This document shows, piece by piece, positions 50,384 through 62,568 of a stretch of DNA of 64,000 nucleotides; position 1 is the stretch's first letter; every line of letters begins with the position of its first letter. The notes beneath the pieces were generated by a model, which was given only the letters and a program-made list of their open reading frames with translations, was not told where the DNA came from and ran no database searches. The stretch comes from Azolla caroliniana (taxonomy: Eukaryota; Plantae; Polypodiophyta). The position numbers and the translations under genes were made by a program. The stretch spans positions 11,408,001 to 11,472,000 of the forward strand of contig JBHGNT010000009.1 in the NCBI GenBank assembly GCA_043228905.1. Direction: 5' to 3'.

Positions 50384-53215
50384 AGTTTGTGATTTGTACT
50401 ATTTTACTGTGCTTTAGAGTTAAGTATTTTAGCATATTCTTGCTTGTGGATTAACGATTCATTTCTTGACAAATTGGTATCAGAGCTTGAGGTGCAATCA
50501 TGGAAGGAGGTGTGAGTGGTTTCCCAGGTATGATAGTTCTAAACTCGCAGAACTATGCAGATTGGAAGATAAAGATGGAGGACCTTCTCATAGTCAACGA
50601 CCTGTACAAGCCAATCGACAGAGCAGAAATACCGACAAAGGTATTAGAGTCGGAATGGAAACTTCTTAACAAAAAGGTGGTGGCCACCATCCGACAATGC
50701 GTCGATGTAAGTGTCCTTCAGCATGTGGTGAACGACACAAATGCCCATGAGATGTGGCAGAAGCTATAAGGTCTATATGAGAGGAAGAATACCCTGAATA
50801 AAACCTCACTGATGAGAAAGATCATACAATTGAAATATAGAGACGGTGAGAGCATCGTCAAACACATCAGCACATTCATGGGGTATATAAATCAACTTGC
50901 CGCAACCAAGTTTCCCCTTGAAGATGCAATGCAGGCCATCCTGCTATTGTGCACCCTGCCTGGACAACTGGGAGAATCTAGTGGTGACTCTCAACACCTC
51001 GTGTTAGGAAGAGAACTTGTCTCTACAAGCGGTAAAGACAAGTATCTTGAACGTGGAAACCAGAAGGAAGGACAAGGGTATCCTAGTCTAGTCTAAGTCA
51101 AACTTGACTCAACACACTGGTAGAGGAAGGAACCAGCAAAGGAGTCCACCAAGGAGAGAAAAGTCTCAAGCCAGGTCAAAGTCTAGAGCTAAGCTCATGT
51201 GCTTTTATTGTGGAAATTTTGGACATTTCTAGAAGGACTGTCGACATCTTAAGAAGGACAAGAATGTTGGTAATAATGTCAAACTCATGAATATTCCTGA
51301 TGAAAAGAGCACTTCGGCCATTGCTACGAGTAATGATGAACTCCTGTTCATTTGTGATCAGGTAAGTGCAAATCTAGCCAGTGAAGAATGCACTTGGCTT
51401 ATTGACTCCGGTGCGTCTTTCCATATAACTCCGTTGAGAGAGTATTTCTCGACTTACATGGCCAGGGATCATGGCTATGTAAAGCTTGGAGATCATGGAG
51501 AGCGCAAGATAGCTGGAGTCAGAAGTGTTTGTTTGACGACGTCGACGGGGTATCGACTGACTCTGAAGGATGTTCGACATGGCCTCGATATCAGATTGAA
51601 TCTTATATCAACCGGAAGATTGGACAACGAAGGCTACAATGGTAGCTTCCGAAACAGGAAGTGGAAATTCTGCCGAGGAAATCTTATAGTGGCCTGAGCA
51701 CAAAAAGAAGGCACATTGTATATGATACAAGCGTGACTATGCAAGTCGGAAGTGAATGTGGCAGCCGACTCAGCAGTACAGATATGGCATAAGATGCTAG
51801 GCCACATGAGTGAGAAGGGTTTGCATCTGCTAGCTGACCAAAAACTTCTACCATAGGTAAAGGGAGTGCATCAGGAGAAGTGTGTCGACTACTTAGTTGG
51901 AAAGTAGAACAAGGCAACCTTCCACTCGAGACCACCAAGGAGAAGAGAAGTGCCACTGGAACTAGTACACACGGATGTGTGTTATGTAGATGCTCTATCG
52001 CATCGATGAGGACAATACTTTGTGACTTTCATCGATGTCTACAATTGGAATTTGTGGGCTTCCGTACTAAAGTCAAAAGATCAAGTATTGTCGTTCTTCA
52101 AGGAGTTCCAAGCAAGAGCCGAATGGGAGTCAGGTCGGAAGTTGAAGGTTGTCTGAACTGACAATGGTGGCAAATATAAAGGGCAGTTGGAGGAATACTG
52201 CAAGGCCCAAGGTATTCAAATCGAATACAGAGTACCGAAGACCCATGAGCTAAACGGGCTTGTAGAGAGGATGAATTGAACAATCATGGAGAGAGTAAGG
52301 AGCATGTTCTCGCATGCTAAACTGCCGAAAATATACTGGGCTGAGGTGATGTACACGGTTGTTTATCTTATCAACAGGTCTCCCTTAGTATCGTTGAAAG
52401 GTGATGTCCCATAAAGGGTGTGGAGAGGAAAGGATGTCTCCTACCGACACCTGAGGGTGTTCGGATGCTTAGCATATATGCATGTGCCTAAGGATCAGAC
52501 GTCGAAGCTGAAGTCGAAGTCATGCATATTCATGGGATACTCAGAAGATGAGTTCGGCTACATGCTATGGGACTTAGTCGATAAAAAAGTAGTGAGAAGT
52601 CTAGACGTAGTCTTCTTGGAAGACAAGACGATTGAGGACTGGAAGCAACAGAAGTCGGAATTGACTTCCCAATTGACTCCCACGACCATTGATTTAAGGT
52701 CAAGTCAATCGACACAATCAGCTATTTGGAGACAGCTAGTCGGCACTCCCGAATCCAAGTCGGTGGACTCGGAGCAACTGACAAATACAGATGAGTAAGA
52801 GTCGGTAGATCTATGGAAGTCGATTGAAGATTACGAGTCGGAATCAACAAATCCTCAACAACCGATCAACACATATGAACCCGAGACAAGAGTAGAGTCA
52901 GTAGAGACATCCGAATTGAAGCCGACAACGAGTGGAAGGAGATACCCACTCAGAGAAAGGAGAGCACCGACAACATATGCCAGTCAATACATCCTCTTGA
53001 CTGATGAAGGTGAACCAAAGTGCTATGATGAAGCCATTGTCGACGAGCACAAAGAAAAATGGTTGAGTGCAATGCACGACGGGATGGACTCCTTGCATGA
53101 AAACTACACCTACGACCTAGTAGAATTACCGAAAGGTAAGAGAGCACTCAGGAACAAATGGGTCTATAAGGTGAAGACTGGAGAAGTCGACAACGCACCG
53201 AGGTATAAAGCCCGT

Positions 53216-54443
53216 TGTCGTGTGAATCTTCACACACTATGTAAAAAAATAATGAAATAATTATTATAGATTAGATTAGTAGAGTATTATAGAAAGATGG
53301 ATATACTCAAGAGCTTCAAAATGTATTTTACTATATACAAAATGGAGAAATACATATCAAGTTATGAGAAAATGAAGTTTGATTAGATAGAGAAATTAGA
53401 ACTATCCCACATAGATAGGAAAGTTAAGGCCCTGGCTATATAAACACCTTGAGCTCCTTCATTTTTCATTTGTGCTGAGAGAACTTTGGCCACTTTGTCT
53501 TGATGGATGATGGTGGCCAAAATCCCTGAAACTGGAACCGGAACGGGTATGCAAACCGGAAACCGACCGGCAAGCAAAACCGGAAACCGAAATCGGCAAG
53601 CAAACCGGAACCGGAACCGGCAAGCAAACCGGAACCGGTCGGCAAGCAAAACCGGAACCGGCCGGCAAGCAAAACCGGAAACCGGCCGGCAAGCAAAACT
53701 GGAACCGAAACCGGCAAGCAAACCGGAAACCGGCCGGCAAGCAAAACCGGAACCGAAACCGGCAAGCAAACCGGAACCGGTCGGCAAGCAAAATCGGAAC
53801 CGGCTACCGGACGATGTTGGACGCGGACGGACGAAAGATTGGATCATACAACAAACTAAAGTAAAGTGAAGAGAACTAAAGTAAAGGCCATGTGGACGCA
53901 AGCAACTAAAGAAGGGAGCGCATGGAAAAAGTAAAGGTCATGTGGACAGTCACATGCAACCAAAAGAAAAAGCTAGGCAACTAAAAGTAGAGGCCATGCA
54001 ACAAAAAGTGAAAAGGCTATAATCAAGAGAGAACTCCATATTTATTCCATTATTTTTTCTACACGAAGGACTCTCCATATTATCTTAATTTTTCTTGTCC
54101 TTCTCAACTCTCTTATCTTAGGGAAGCCATAACTCTCATAAACCCTAAAATTCCCTACGGAAGCGATAATACTCATATAACCTAATCCTAATCTTCCCTA
54201 CGGAAGCGATATCTCTCAAAACCCCTAATTTTTTTCTTTTCTATTAATCTTAGTAAACCTAAAACTTCTAAATCCCAATCTTGGGACATATTGTAATTTC
54301 TTTTTCCTTTGTTAATGAAAATTATTAAATTTCTTCTTTCTGTTAATTGTTAAAAATATAAACGCACACATGTGATTATCCTTCGGTCGGAGGCCCCGGG
54401 GTCCTGCCTCAAGTTCGCGTATCCTCGTCGTATTTTCGCGACA
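53216..54443 (-). mobile_element. Large solo LTR (1228 bp) inserted in RT of element B
   Basis: Termini TGTCGTG...CGCGACA with flanks CCGT / CCGC. Removal restores YKARIVVKG. Related to 3064-4211. Confidence 0.88.
53528..53811. repeat. Minisatellite of about 12 units of ~23 bp (ACCGGCAAGCAAAACCGGAA-like)
   Basis: Read directly. CCGG-rich and almost T-free on the + strand. Confidence 0.92.
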
Positions 54444-56265
54444 CCGCATAGTGGTGAAGGGTTTACAACAGAAAAAGGGTGCCGACTTCGACGAAATTTT
54501 TGCACCAGTCGTGAAGATGAGATCCATCCGAACTATTCTGAGCATAGTTGCTAGCATGGACCTAGAGATTGAACAGTTGGATGTGAAGACAACATTCTTG
54601 CATGGGGATCTGGATGAAGAGATCTACATGCAACAGCCCGAAGGCTTTGAGGAGAAAGGGAAAGAGGACCTGGTGTGTCGACTGAAGAAAAACTTGTATG
54701 GTCTGAAACAAGCTCCACATCGGTGGTACAAGAAGTTTGAATCCTTCATGGTGGAACATGGGTTCCAGAAAACACAGGAGGGTCACTGTGTGTTCGTCAA
54801 AAGGTACGATGAAGGTGATTTCTTGATTCTCTGATTATATGTAGATGACATGTTGATAGTCGGTCAAGATACAAGGAAGATCGGTAGCTTGAAGAAAGCA
54901 TTAGGCAAGTCGTTTGTCATGAAAGGTCTTGGTCTGGCAAGGCAGATCTTAGGGATGCACATAGTTCGAGATAGAACTAAGAAAGTGTTGTGGTTGTCAC
55001 AAGAGAAATATGTGACTAAGATCCTAGAAAGATTCAACATGTCGGAAGCAAAGCCGGTCGGCTCTGTGTTACCGACTAACTGCAAGTTAAATACAAAGCA
55101 ATGCCGGAGAGGGGAGAAAGAAAAGGATGAGATGAGGAAAGTACCATATGTCTCAATCATCGGTAGTCTAATGTATGTTATGGTCTGCACGAAACTAGCC
55201 ATAGCTTTTTGCTATGGGAATAGTAAGCCGATACATGAGTAATCCAGGAAGAGAACACTGGGCAACGATGAAGTGGATACTCAGGTACTTGAAAGGTACC
55301 TCGAGAGTATGTCTTGGGTATGGTGTCGGGAAACCTATGTTCGAAGGCTTTACTGACTCGGACATGTCGGTGGATGTAAACTCAAGCCGATCCACATCAG
55401 GGTATGTGATGACCTATGCAAGGGGAGCAATGTCGTGGCAGTCACAACTCCAGAAGTCTGTGGCCTTGTCGACCACAGAGGCAGAGTATATGGCAGTGGT
55501 AGAGGTTGGCAAAGAGTTGATTTGGATGAGAAAATTTCTCAATGAGTTGGGGATGAAGCAAAGGGAGTTCTTGCTTCATTGTGACAGCCAGAGTGCCATA
55601 CATTTAGCAAAGAATTTTGTGTACCACTCCCGAACCAAGCATATACAAAGGAGATATCATTGGTTATGGTAGAAACTGGAGGAAGGAGAGTTTACCCTTG
55701 TGAAGATCCATATTGATGACAATGGATCAGACTTTCTGACAAAAAACGTACCGATGGACAAACTCAGAGTCTGTCGACAGAGGACAAGAATAACAAACCC
55801 CTCCCCACTAGAGTGAAGGGGGAGTTTGTTAGGAATATGTCCCTCTAGTGGGAGGAGCCGACTGCTCGGAGAGAGCCGACAATCGAAGACAAGGGAGCAG
55901 CCGACTGGTTGGATGAGAGCCGATCAAATGGTTGATCGGATCCGACCAGCTAGTCGACAAGGTCGTCAACTAGTTCTTGGACGAGATAGAGAGCCGACTA
56001 TGATAGTTGACTACATTGATAGATGCTCCAAGTGAAGACAAGGCCAAAAAATCGGGCCGACCTAATGGTCGAAGACAAGGCCAACTAGTTGGGCCGATTA
56101 ATTATTATATACATTATATAACAATAATAATGACAACTACATTTGTAAATAGCCCATACTATGTATGCATATAAATACACCTAGGGCAACCATTATGAAG
56201 TGATGGGAGTTAGAGCTTCTATAGTTGTGTGCAGAAGTGAGAGCAACAAAGACTAGGAAGAGACA

Positions 56266-56340
<75 letters not shown>

Positions 56341-56796
56341 GGGGGGGGCAAAGTTTAGTGAAACTTGCCTAAACCCTAAACAGGTATTCTCAGTTTTACA
56401 GAGACTTGTATATCTTTCTTTTGTACTTTTGTTCATAGTGAAAACCCGTTGTCCCGTGGTTTTTCCCGTTTTAGGGTTTCCACGTAAATACTGTGTATTG
56501 TGCATTCTTTGTTTGATTTTCTATTTTCTATTTCCGCGTTGTGTACTATTTTAGTTATCTTTCTCATAGATCTACAGTTCGAACACATCAGGTAGCAAAG
56601 AAGAAAGAAAAGAAAACGTAATACAAATTACATAGACCAAGAATAACACATCATGGAAAAGAAGAGGGAGATTGAGAAAGAAGAATACCGGGTTAAGAAT
56701 GTTTTTTTAATCCTGAAAAGAGAAAGACGAGCCTTGTTAGATCCTCATCGCTCAGACAAAAACATCAAAACAACAAAAAAACAATTGTTCATAAAT

Positions 56797-57222
56797 GCTC
56801 TCATACCACTATTAAGAGTTTATTACTTACTAATGAATAGACCAAAATTTAAAAGTAAAAACAAGATAAATAGATTGGATAGAAGAACTCGTCCCACCCG
56901 ATCACCCTCGAGCTATGATCAAGACATAGCCAACCTACCACCGACGTCCCATACCGTCGGATATTAGGATGACTAATAACTTGGAAGAGATTAATATGAT
57001 CATCATGATGAATGTCTAGCCTACACCACCAGTGTCTAAGACAACAACCTTTCGACATAATGTGCTTGTGAGGGTAGCTAAACCTCATATTTATACCTCT
57101 TCCTAGACCCGATGAACATATGTGCCTTTCTAAAAAGACTCTCCATTCATTGGTTGTCAAGATCATGATAGTGCATGGACCTATCATTCCTTCTATCCAA
57201 CCATATTAGTCCCTTTCTAACA
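56797..57222 (-). mobile_element. Old LTR remnant with a tRNA-Met-like PBS
   Basis: Reverse complement of 56797-56808 is TGGTATGAGAGC, next to a ~413-bp segment with ends TATTA...TAACA. No partner LTR was found. Confidence 0.45.
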
Positions 57223-59058
57223 TTAGTGAACATACCATTCACTTATGTAAATATTAGTGACCTACCCTCACCTATGTTATGTGTACATAACAAGAACCTA
57301 CTAAAATCCCTTTAATAATTGTCATCGATCAAGTGGAGAAGGACCAAATTCGTTATTCATCCTGTATCAAGTATTTGATCAATTGGAGGATATATTGGGA
57401 ATTGTGCCCCATTATTTAGCTTAAGCCAAGTATGAAACACCCTCCCAAGATGGAAGTTATTTGGCAATTTCCTAGACCACTTAGAAGCCAAATTTATCTA
57501 TCTCATCGTTTGTTTCAAGGATTAATGAGAACACCCATGAATCATAAATTCATGTTAATATTTGGCAATTGCCCAAATCACTTAGAAACCAAATTAGTGG
57601 GAATGCCAATTAAACATAAGGGGTACGTTATGCTCATGGGATGCCGACCCATTTTGGTACGATAGATAAACCAACCCCCCTGCCCTTTCTCCCTTCAAGG
57701 CTGGGTACATCATGAAACATGGGATTTTCAGGAGAGGAAGTTTTTCGTTTCAACATGCTTCTCATTGGAAACTTTATTTATTATTAGCACACGCTAAACA
57801 AAAGAGTGCCATTGTTATCCATCAATCAAAAACTTTTGGAAGTGGATAAGGTGTTATACCCGACTTGAATTGCATAGTAGTAGAATTGGTAATAACATTG
57901 AGGAGGTGGTTGTGGTGTACCTCGGGTTTCAGCTGGGCTCCGGCTAGAGGCTAGAGGTTAGAGGCTAGAGCATGCATGCATGCATGCATGTATGTATGTT
58001 AATGTATGTATGTATGTATCAGTATGTATGTATACAGTATGTATGTGCAGGCTTGTTTGTGGAGGCTCTGGTCCTACCTGTTGTCTCAGGACGATTCAAT
58101 GGACAGACAGTTCATCTCTTGAAGAGAAGGAGATGTTTTATTTATTTATTCTCCTGACCTGCCAAATCGAGGGAAGGAATTAATAGAAGACGCAGAAGTT
58201 AGATATTGTGAAGGCAGACAATGAAGATGTAGAGAAGGATCCACTAATTCACGGTAGCTCCCACTCTTTAACCCCATGTCCATTTTATTTTTGTGTCCTT
58301 TTCTTCTGGTGGAAATGTCTATATGGACATAAAATTTCGAAAGATAAAAGTTTTATCTATTCTTTTCTGTTACCAAAACTCCTGTTGTACAATTTTTCCT
58401 TTCTTTCTTGCTTGCAGGATGGAATTGTTTATTATACAAGGAACAAAATCCGGCCTGAAATTTATAGGCTCCTTTCTAAACTCCTACATACTGATATAAA
58501 CTGTCTCTCATAAATCCTACATACTGAAAAAGGAAATTCAACTGAGTATTGTAGTAAAATCTCCTGAACAAACTCTCAAGCAAACGGCAAAAATGTCCAA
58601 AAGCAGAATTATAAGGAACTCGATGTTGTTACCTATTTTATGCGTATGGATGGCTGTATATAGTCCATTATAAGTGTGAAAATGTATGGTGTGTGAGTCA
58701 ATCGTGTGTCTACACCATACAACTTGTTAGTGTATTCCATGTATGATTAAGGGATAATGTACACTATTTGTATGAAACACACACATCATGTCAATATCAA
58801 GTATCCAATGGTAACATGTTACATTTGATGTGGGATATACACCTGAAGGATTTAGCGTGAAAAATGCCATGAAACCTGAAGAATGGGTTGAAGATTAAGC
58901 ATAGGAAGAAAAAAAAAGAATATACAAAAGGGTAACCTTTGCTGTGAAAACTCTACGATCACAGAAGGAAAAAGAGAAATACACACTTGATGAATGTACA
59001 ATGTTTGAACACGAACAATCGCAGGAAACTAGAATAATGTGGTGAAAATCATGCAGTC

Positions 59059-62000
59059 ATGTTGGCAGTGCCTACATCATACCAGTACCCACAAGAGCAG
59101 CATTATGTTTGGCGGGAAAATACATCGAGTATGGAAGAGGCTCCAAAATCTTCGGAAATGGGAGATGAAGACCTTCTCCGAATCTTGCATAAATGTAGAA
59201 AGAAGAAAGATCTAGGCCATGCTTTCCGATTGCATACCCACATCCATAGTAAAGGGTTGGATACACAAATGTCTGTTGGAAACCATCTCGTTCCATTGTT
59301 TGTGGATTGTGGAGGTTTGGCTATGGCGGAGCAAGTGTTCTACAAGCTAATTGTTCGAAATGAGTTTTCCTGGACTGCCATGATACAAGGTTATGTAGGC
59401 TGTGGTGATTACCAGCATGCCCTAGACTTGTTTGATATGATGCAAAAGGAAACATCTATATTTCCTACTAGACATACATTTCTGGCTGTCTTGAAAGCAT
59501 GTGCTAGAATAAAATGGCTGGGCAAAGGAAGAGAAATACATAAAGTGATTTTAAATGGCAAAGGATTGCAATTTGATCCATTTGTGGGAAACACACTGGT
59601 GGATATGTATGCCAAATGTGGATCCCTGGATGAGGCGCGTGAGGTGTTTCACAAGTTGCCTGTTCGTGATGTTGTTTCATGGAATGCGCTCATCACAGGA
59701 TATGCTGACATTGGGTTAGATGAAGAAACATTACTGTGTTTAGAGGGACTAAAATCAGATGGTTTGACCCCTGATTGTATCACATTGGTCGGGAGTTTGA
59801 AGGCATGTGCTAATGCACGATCACTTCATAGAGGCTTGAAAATACACTCTGAGATTGTTGAACTAGGGAGTGAACCTGATCCTGTCATTGGATATTCTTT
59901 GGTCGAGATGTATGCTAAATGTGCGTCATTTATTGAAGCAAGGAGTGTGTTCGATAAGTTGCCCTCACGAGATGTAGTATCGTGGACTGTATTGATGGTT
60001 GGATATACTGAAAATAACTGTGGACAAGAGGCGCTCGAGTGTTTTGATGAAATGCAACAAGAGAGAGTACTTCCTGATGATGTGGCGTTCGTTTGCAGCT
60101 TGAAAGCATGTGGGATTGCTGGAGATGTTAAAATTGGCAAGGAAATGCATGCCAAAATTGTCTTAGAGGGGTTTGAAGGGAACCGCTTTATTTGCAATGT
60201 TTTAGTAGACATGTATGCTACATTAGGCTGTCTTGAGGAAGCCCAGGATGTATTTGAGGAGATGTCAGATGTTCGAGATGTTATCTCATGGAATATACTA
60301 ATTGAATCATTTGTCGAACATGGACTTGGTGAAGAAGCTTTGGCATGCCTCCCAAAAATGCAATCCGAAGGTCTAACACCAAATGTCACGACATTTACTA
60401 GCAGTTTGAAAGCTTGTAGCATTTTAGGAGATGTAGACATGGTCCAGGACTTGCTTGTGGAGATTGTGATTAGAGGGCTTGAGAAAGATAAATTTGTCAC
60501 AAATAGTTTGGTGGATGCATTTGGTAGGTGTGGATCTTTCACTGAAGCAAGAAACTTCTTTGAGGAAATGCAACCAGTAGAAGACATTGTGTCGTGGAAT
60601 ATATTAATTTCATCATATGTCGAACATGGATTTGTAAATGAGGTTATTGCCTCTTTGGAGCACATGCAAGAAAAGGGTATAGGAAAAGATGCTTTTACCT
60701 GTGTCAGTAGCTTGAAATCATTTGGAAGTGTAGGAGACATAGCTAGGGTCTTGAACATGCATATGGAAATTATTAACTATGGCTTCCAGAGTAATGTTTT
60801 TATTGAGAACAGTCTTGTGGATGCATATTTGAAATGTGGCTATGTCACAGAAGCACAAGCAGCGTTTGATAATCTCTTATGCAAAGATTCCCTCTCTTGG
60901 AATACATTCATGATGGGGCTTCTTGACTGTGGGTTTGTTGAAGATTTGCTCTATTACATGGATCAGATGGAAATGGATGGACTTTCTCCAGATGCAGTTA
61001 CATTTTTATGTGCCTTGAAAGCTTGTTCGATGATGGGTCTCATTGAGAAGGGCCAGAAAATACATGCAAAAATCATCACCCATGGGATAATATCACATCC
61101 TCTCGCAGGCAGCAGTTTAATAGACATGTATGTCAAATGTGGGTTCTTGGAAGAAGCAAAATATATGTTTGACAAACTGCCCTATCACGATGTTGTATCA
61201 TGGACTGAATTAATCTCAGGATTTGCTGAATATGGTAATAATGAACGAGCATTAGGATGTCTGAACAAAATGCGACTTGAAGGAATTAATCCTAATGCTG
61301 CCACTTATATTTGCTGCTTGAAAATGTGTGGGAATTCAAGAACTGTGATCAAAGGAATGGTGCTACACAATCAAGTTATAAAAGAGGGATTTGATAGTGA
61401 TAGCATTGTAACAAATACAATAGTGGACATGTATGGAAAGCTAGGTTTACTTTCTGAAGCAGAACAAGAATTTGATGGTTTGCTAATCCAAGATGCAGTA
61501 TCATGGACTTCCATAATTTCCAGTAAAATTGAGCATGGGTATCCTGAAAAAGCACTCATGTGTGTGGAGCAGATGCAGAAAAAAGGTATACCACTCAATG
61601 CTCTGACACTTGTTTGGGTTCTGAGAGCTTGTGCGACATTGAGAGCTCTAGAAAAGGGCCTTGAATGGTATGCATGGTTGATCAAAGTGGGACTGGATGA
61701 AGAAATGTCCATTGGCATGGTCTTGGTCGAAATGTTATCAAACTGTGGATTATTTGTAGACTCACATAAAGTGCTACAACATTGGCAACTTTTTGACACT
61801 ATCTCATGGATGGGGCTTATTGTAGCATATGCTGAATACGGCCACACCAAGGAAGCGTTAGAGTGTTTTGACATAATGCAAATAGAGGGAGTTCCAACAG
61901 ATGTGGCATCATGGAATGCTGTTATTTTGGCTTTCGTGCAGAAAGAAGAGAATGAAAAGTTCTATATATTTTTTACTCAAATGCTGGAGCAAGGTCTATT

Positions 62001-62568
62001 ACCTAATAAATCTACATTCGGAATCCTTCTGGAGGCATATGGTCACACAACATCCTTCAACAAAGGTAGGCGAGTTCATGCTCAAATCAATGGGAATGAA
62101 TTGTTTGTATCAACTGCCCTTATTGACATGTATAGCAAGTGTGGAAGTATGGCTGATGCTCAACAAATCTTTGATACAACTCATATAAAGGATTCCCTTA
62201 AATGTACTGCATTAATCACAGGTTATGCACGACAAGGAAACACTGAACTCGTCTTTCATATGTTTGAGAAAATGAAAAAGGAAGGAATAAAACCAGATGA
62301 GATCACATTTTTAAGTGTTCTCAATGCATGCAGTCATGGAGGTCTGGTCAAAAAAGGTCAAGAGTATTATATGACTATGATAAGAGAACATGGTTTGATT
62401 TCAACTATCAAACACCACAGTTGCATGGTTGATCTTCTCTGTCGAGCAGGCCGGCTCAATGAAGCTATAATAATGTTAGAGAAGTTCAAAATCAAGCCTG
62501 ACTTGGTTACATGGACTGCTGTACTGAGTGGTTGCCAGAAGTGGGGCAATATAGGTCTCGGTTCTTAA
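59059..62568 (+). CDS. PLS-class pentatricopeptide repeat protein with a truncated E domain and no DYW domain (1169 aa, single ORF)
   Basis: About 30 PPR motifs in P-L-S order (LVDMYAKCGS, DVVSWN, PD.VTF..LKAC). Terminal ITFLSVLNACSHGGLV, HHSCMVDLLCRAGRL, PDLVTWTAVLSGCQKWGN. Confidence 0.95.
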   Translation: MLAVPTSYQYPQEQHYVWRENTSSMEEAPKSSEMGDEDLLRILHKCRKKKDLGHAFRLHTHIHSKGLDTQMSVGNHLVPLFVDCGGLAMAEQVFYKLIVRNEFSWTAMIQGYVGCGDYQHALDLFDMMQKETSIFPTRHTFLAVLKACARIKWLGKGREIHKVILNGKGLQFDPFVGNTLVDMYAKCGSLDEAREVFHKLPVRDVVSWNALITGYADIGLDEETLLCLEGLKSDGLTPDCITLVGSLKACANARSLHRGLKIHSEIVELGSEPDPVIGYSLVEMYAKCASFIEARSVFDKLPSRDVVSWTVLMVGYTENNCGQEALECFDEMQQERVLPDDVAFVCSLKACGIAGDVKIGKEMHAKIVLEGFEGNRFICNVLVDMYATLGCLEEAQDVFEEMSDVRDVISWNILIESFVEHGLGEEALACLPKMQSEGLTPNVTTFTSSLKACSILGDVDMVQDLLVEIVIRGLEKDKFVTNSLVDAFGRCGSFTEARNFFEEMQPVEDIVSWNILISSYVEHGFVNEVIASLEHMQEKGIGKDAFTCVSSLKSFGSVGDIARVLNMHMEIINYGFQSNVFIENSLVDAYLKCGYVTEAQAAFDNLLCKDSLSWNTFMMGLLDCGFVEDLLYYMDQMEMDGLSPDAVTFLCALKACSMMGLIEKGQKIHAKIITHGIISHPLAGSSLIDMYVKCGFLEEAKYMFDKLPYHDVVSWTELISGFAEYGNNERALGCLNKMRLEGINPNAATYICCLKMCGNSRTVIKGMVLHNQVIKEGFDSDSIVTNTIVDMYGKLGLLSEAEQEFDGLLIQDAVSWTSIISSKIEHGYPEKALMCVEQMQKKGIPLNALTLVWVLRACATLRALEKGLEWYAWLIKVGLDEEMSIGMVLVEMLSNCGLFVDSHKVLQHWQLFDTISWMGLIVAYAEYGHTKEALECFDIMQIEGVPTDVASWNAVILAFVQKEENEKFYIFFTQMLEQGLLPNKSTFGILLEAYGHTTSFNKGRRVHAQINGNELFVSTALIDMYSKCGSMADAQQIFDTTHIKDSLKCTALITGYARQGNTELVFHMFEKMKKEGIKPDEITFLSVLNACSHGGLVKKGQEYYMTMIREHGLISTIKHHSCMVDLLCRAGRLNEAIIMLEKFKIKPDLVTWTAVLSGCQKWGNIGLGS

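Larger units (their letters stand above)
44714..55923 (+). mobile_element. Ty1/copia element B, related to A. 5' LTR = 44714-45302 + 50389-50471; only about 95 bp of its own 3' LTR survives.
   Basis: PBS TGGTATCAGAGC at 50475. Degenerate but complete gag-PR-IN-RT-RH at 50500-55810. PPT GAAGGGGGAG at 55815-55824. Confidence 0.88.
31550..56590 (+). mobile_element. Outer Ty1/copia element A, host of a 25-kb nest. 5' LTR = 31550-31793 + 40839-41294; internal region 41295-44713; terminal LTR 55827-56590.
   Basis: TG...CA ends flanked by GGCAG / GGTAG (one transition). tRNA-iMet PBS TGGTATCAGAGC at 41298. Gag from 41323, protease WVIDSGAS, integrase N-terminus. The distal parts of the two LTRs align, including a (GA)n tract. 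Confidence 0.88.

Noticed and set aside
53383-53901. Overlapping repetitive ORFs on both strands
   Set aside because: They are by-products of a stop-poor minisatellite inside a solo LTR.
44714-56590. Element B as a simple full-length element with two matching LTRs
   Set aside because: The LTRs match for only ~95 bp, and the distal LTR and right flank pair with element A.
57340-57680. Possible MITE upstream of the PPR gene (recurring GGCAATT motifs)
   Set aside because: No convincing terminal inverted repeat or TSD could be defined by eye.
59826-61874. Long antisense ORFs (310 aa, 167 aa) over the PPR gene, and the similar 47070-47699 ORF over copia pol
   Set aside because: They are shadow frames of real coding sequence and have no motifs of their own.
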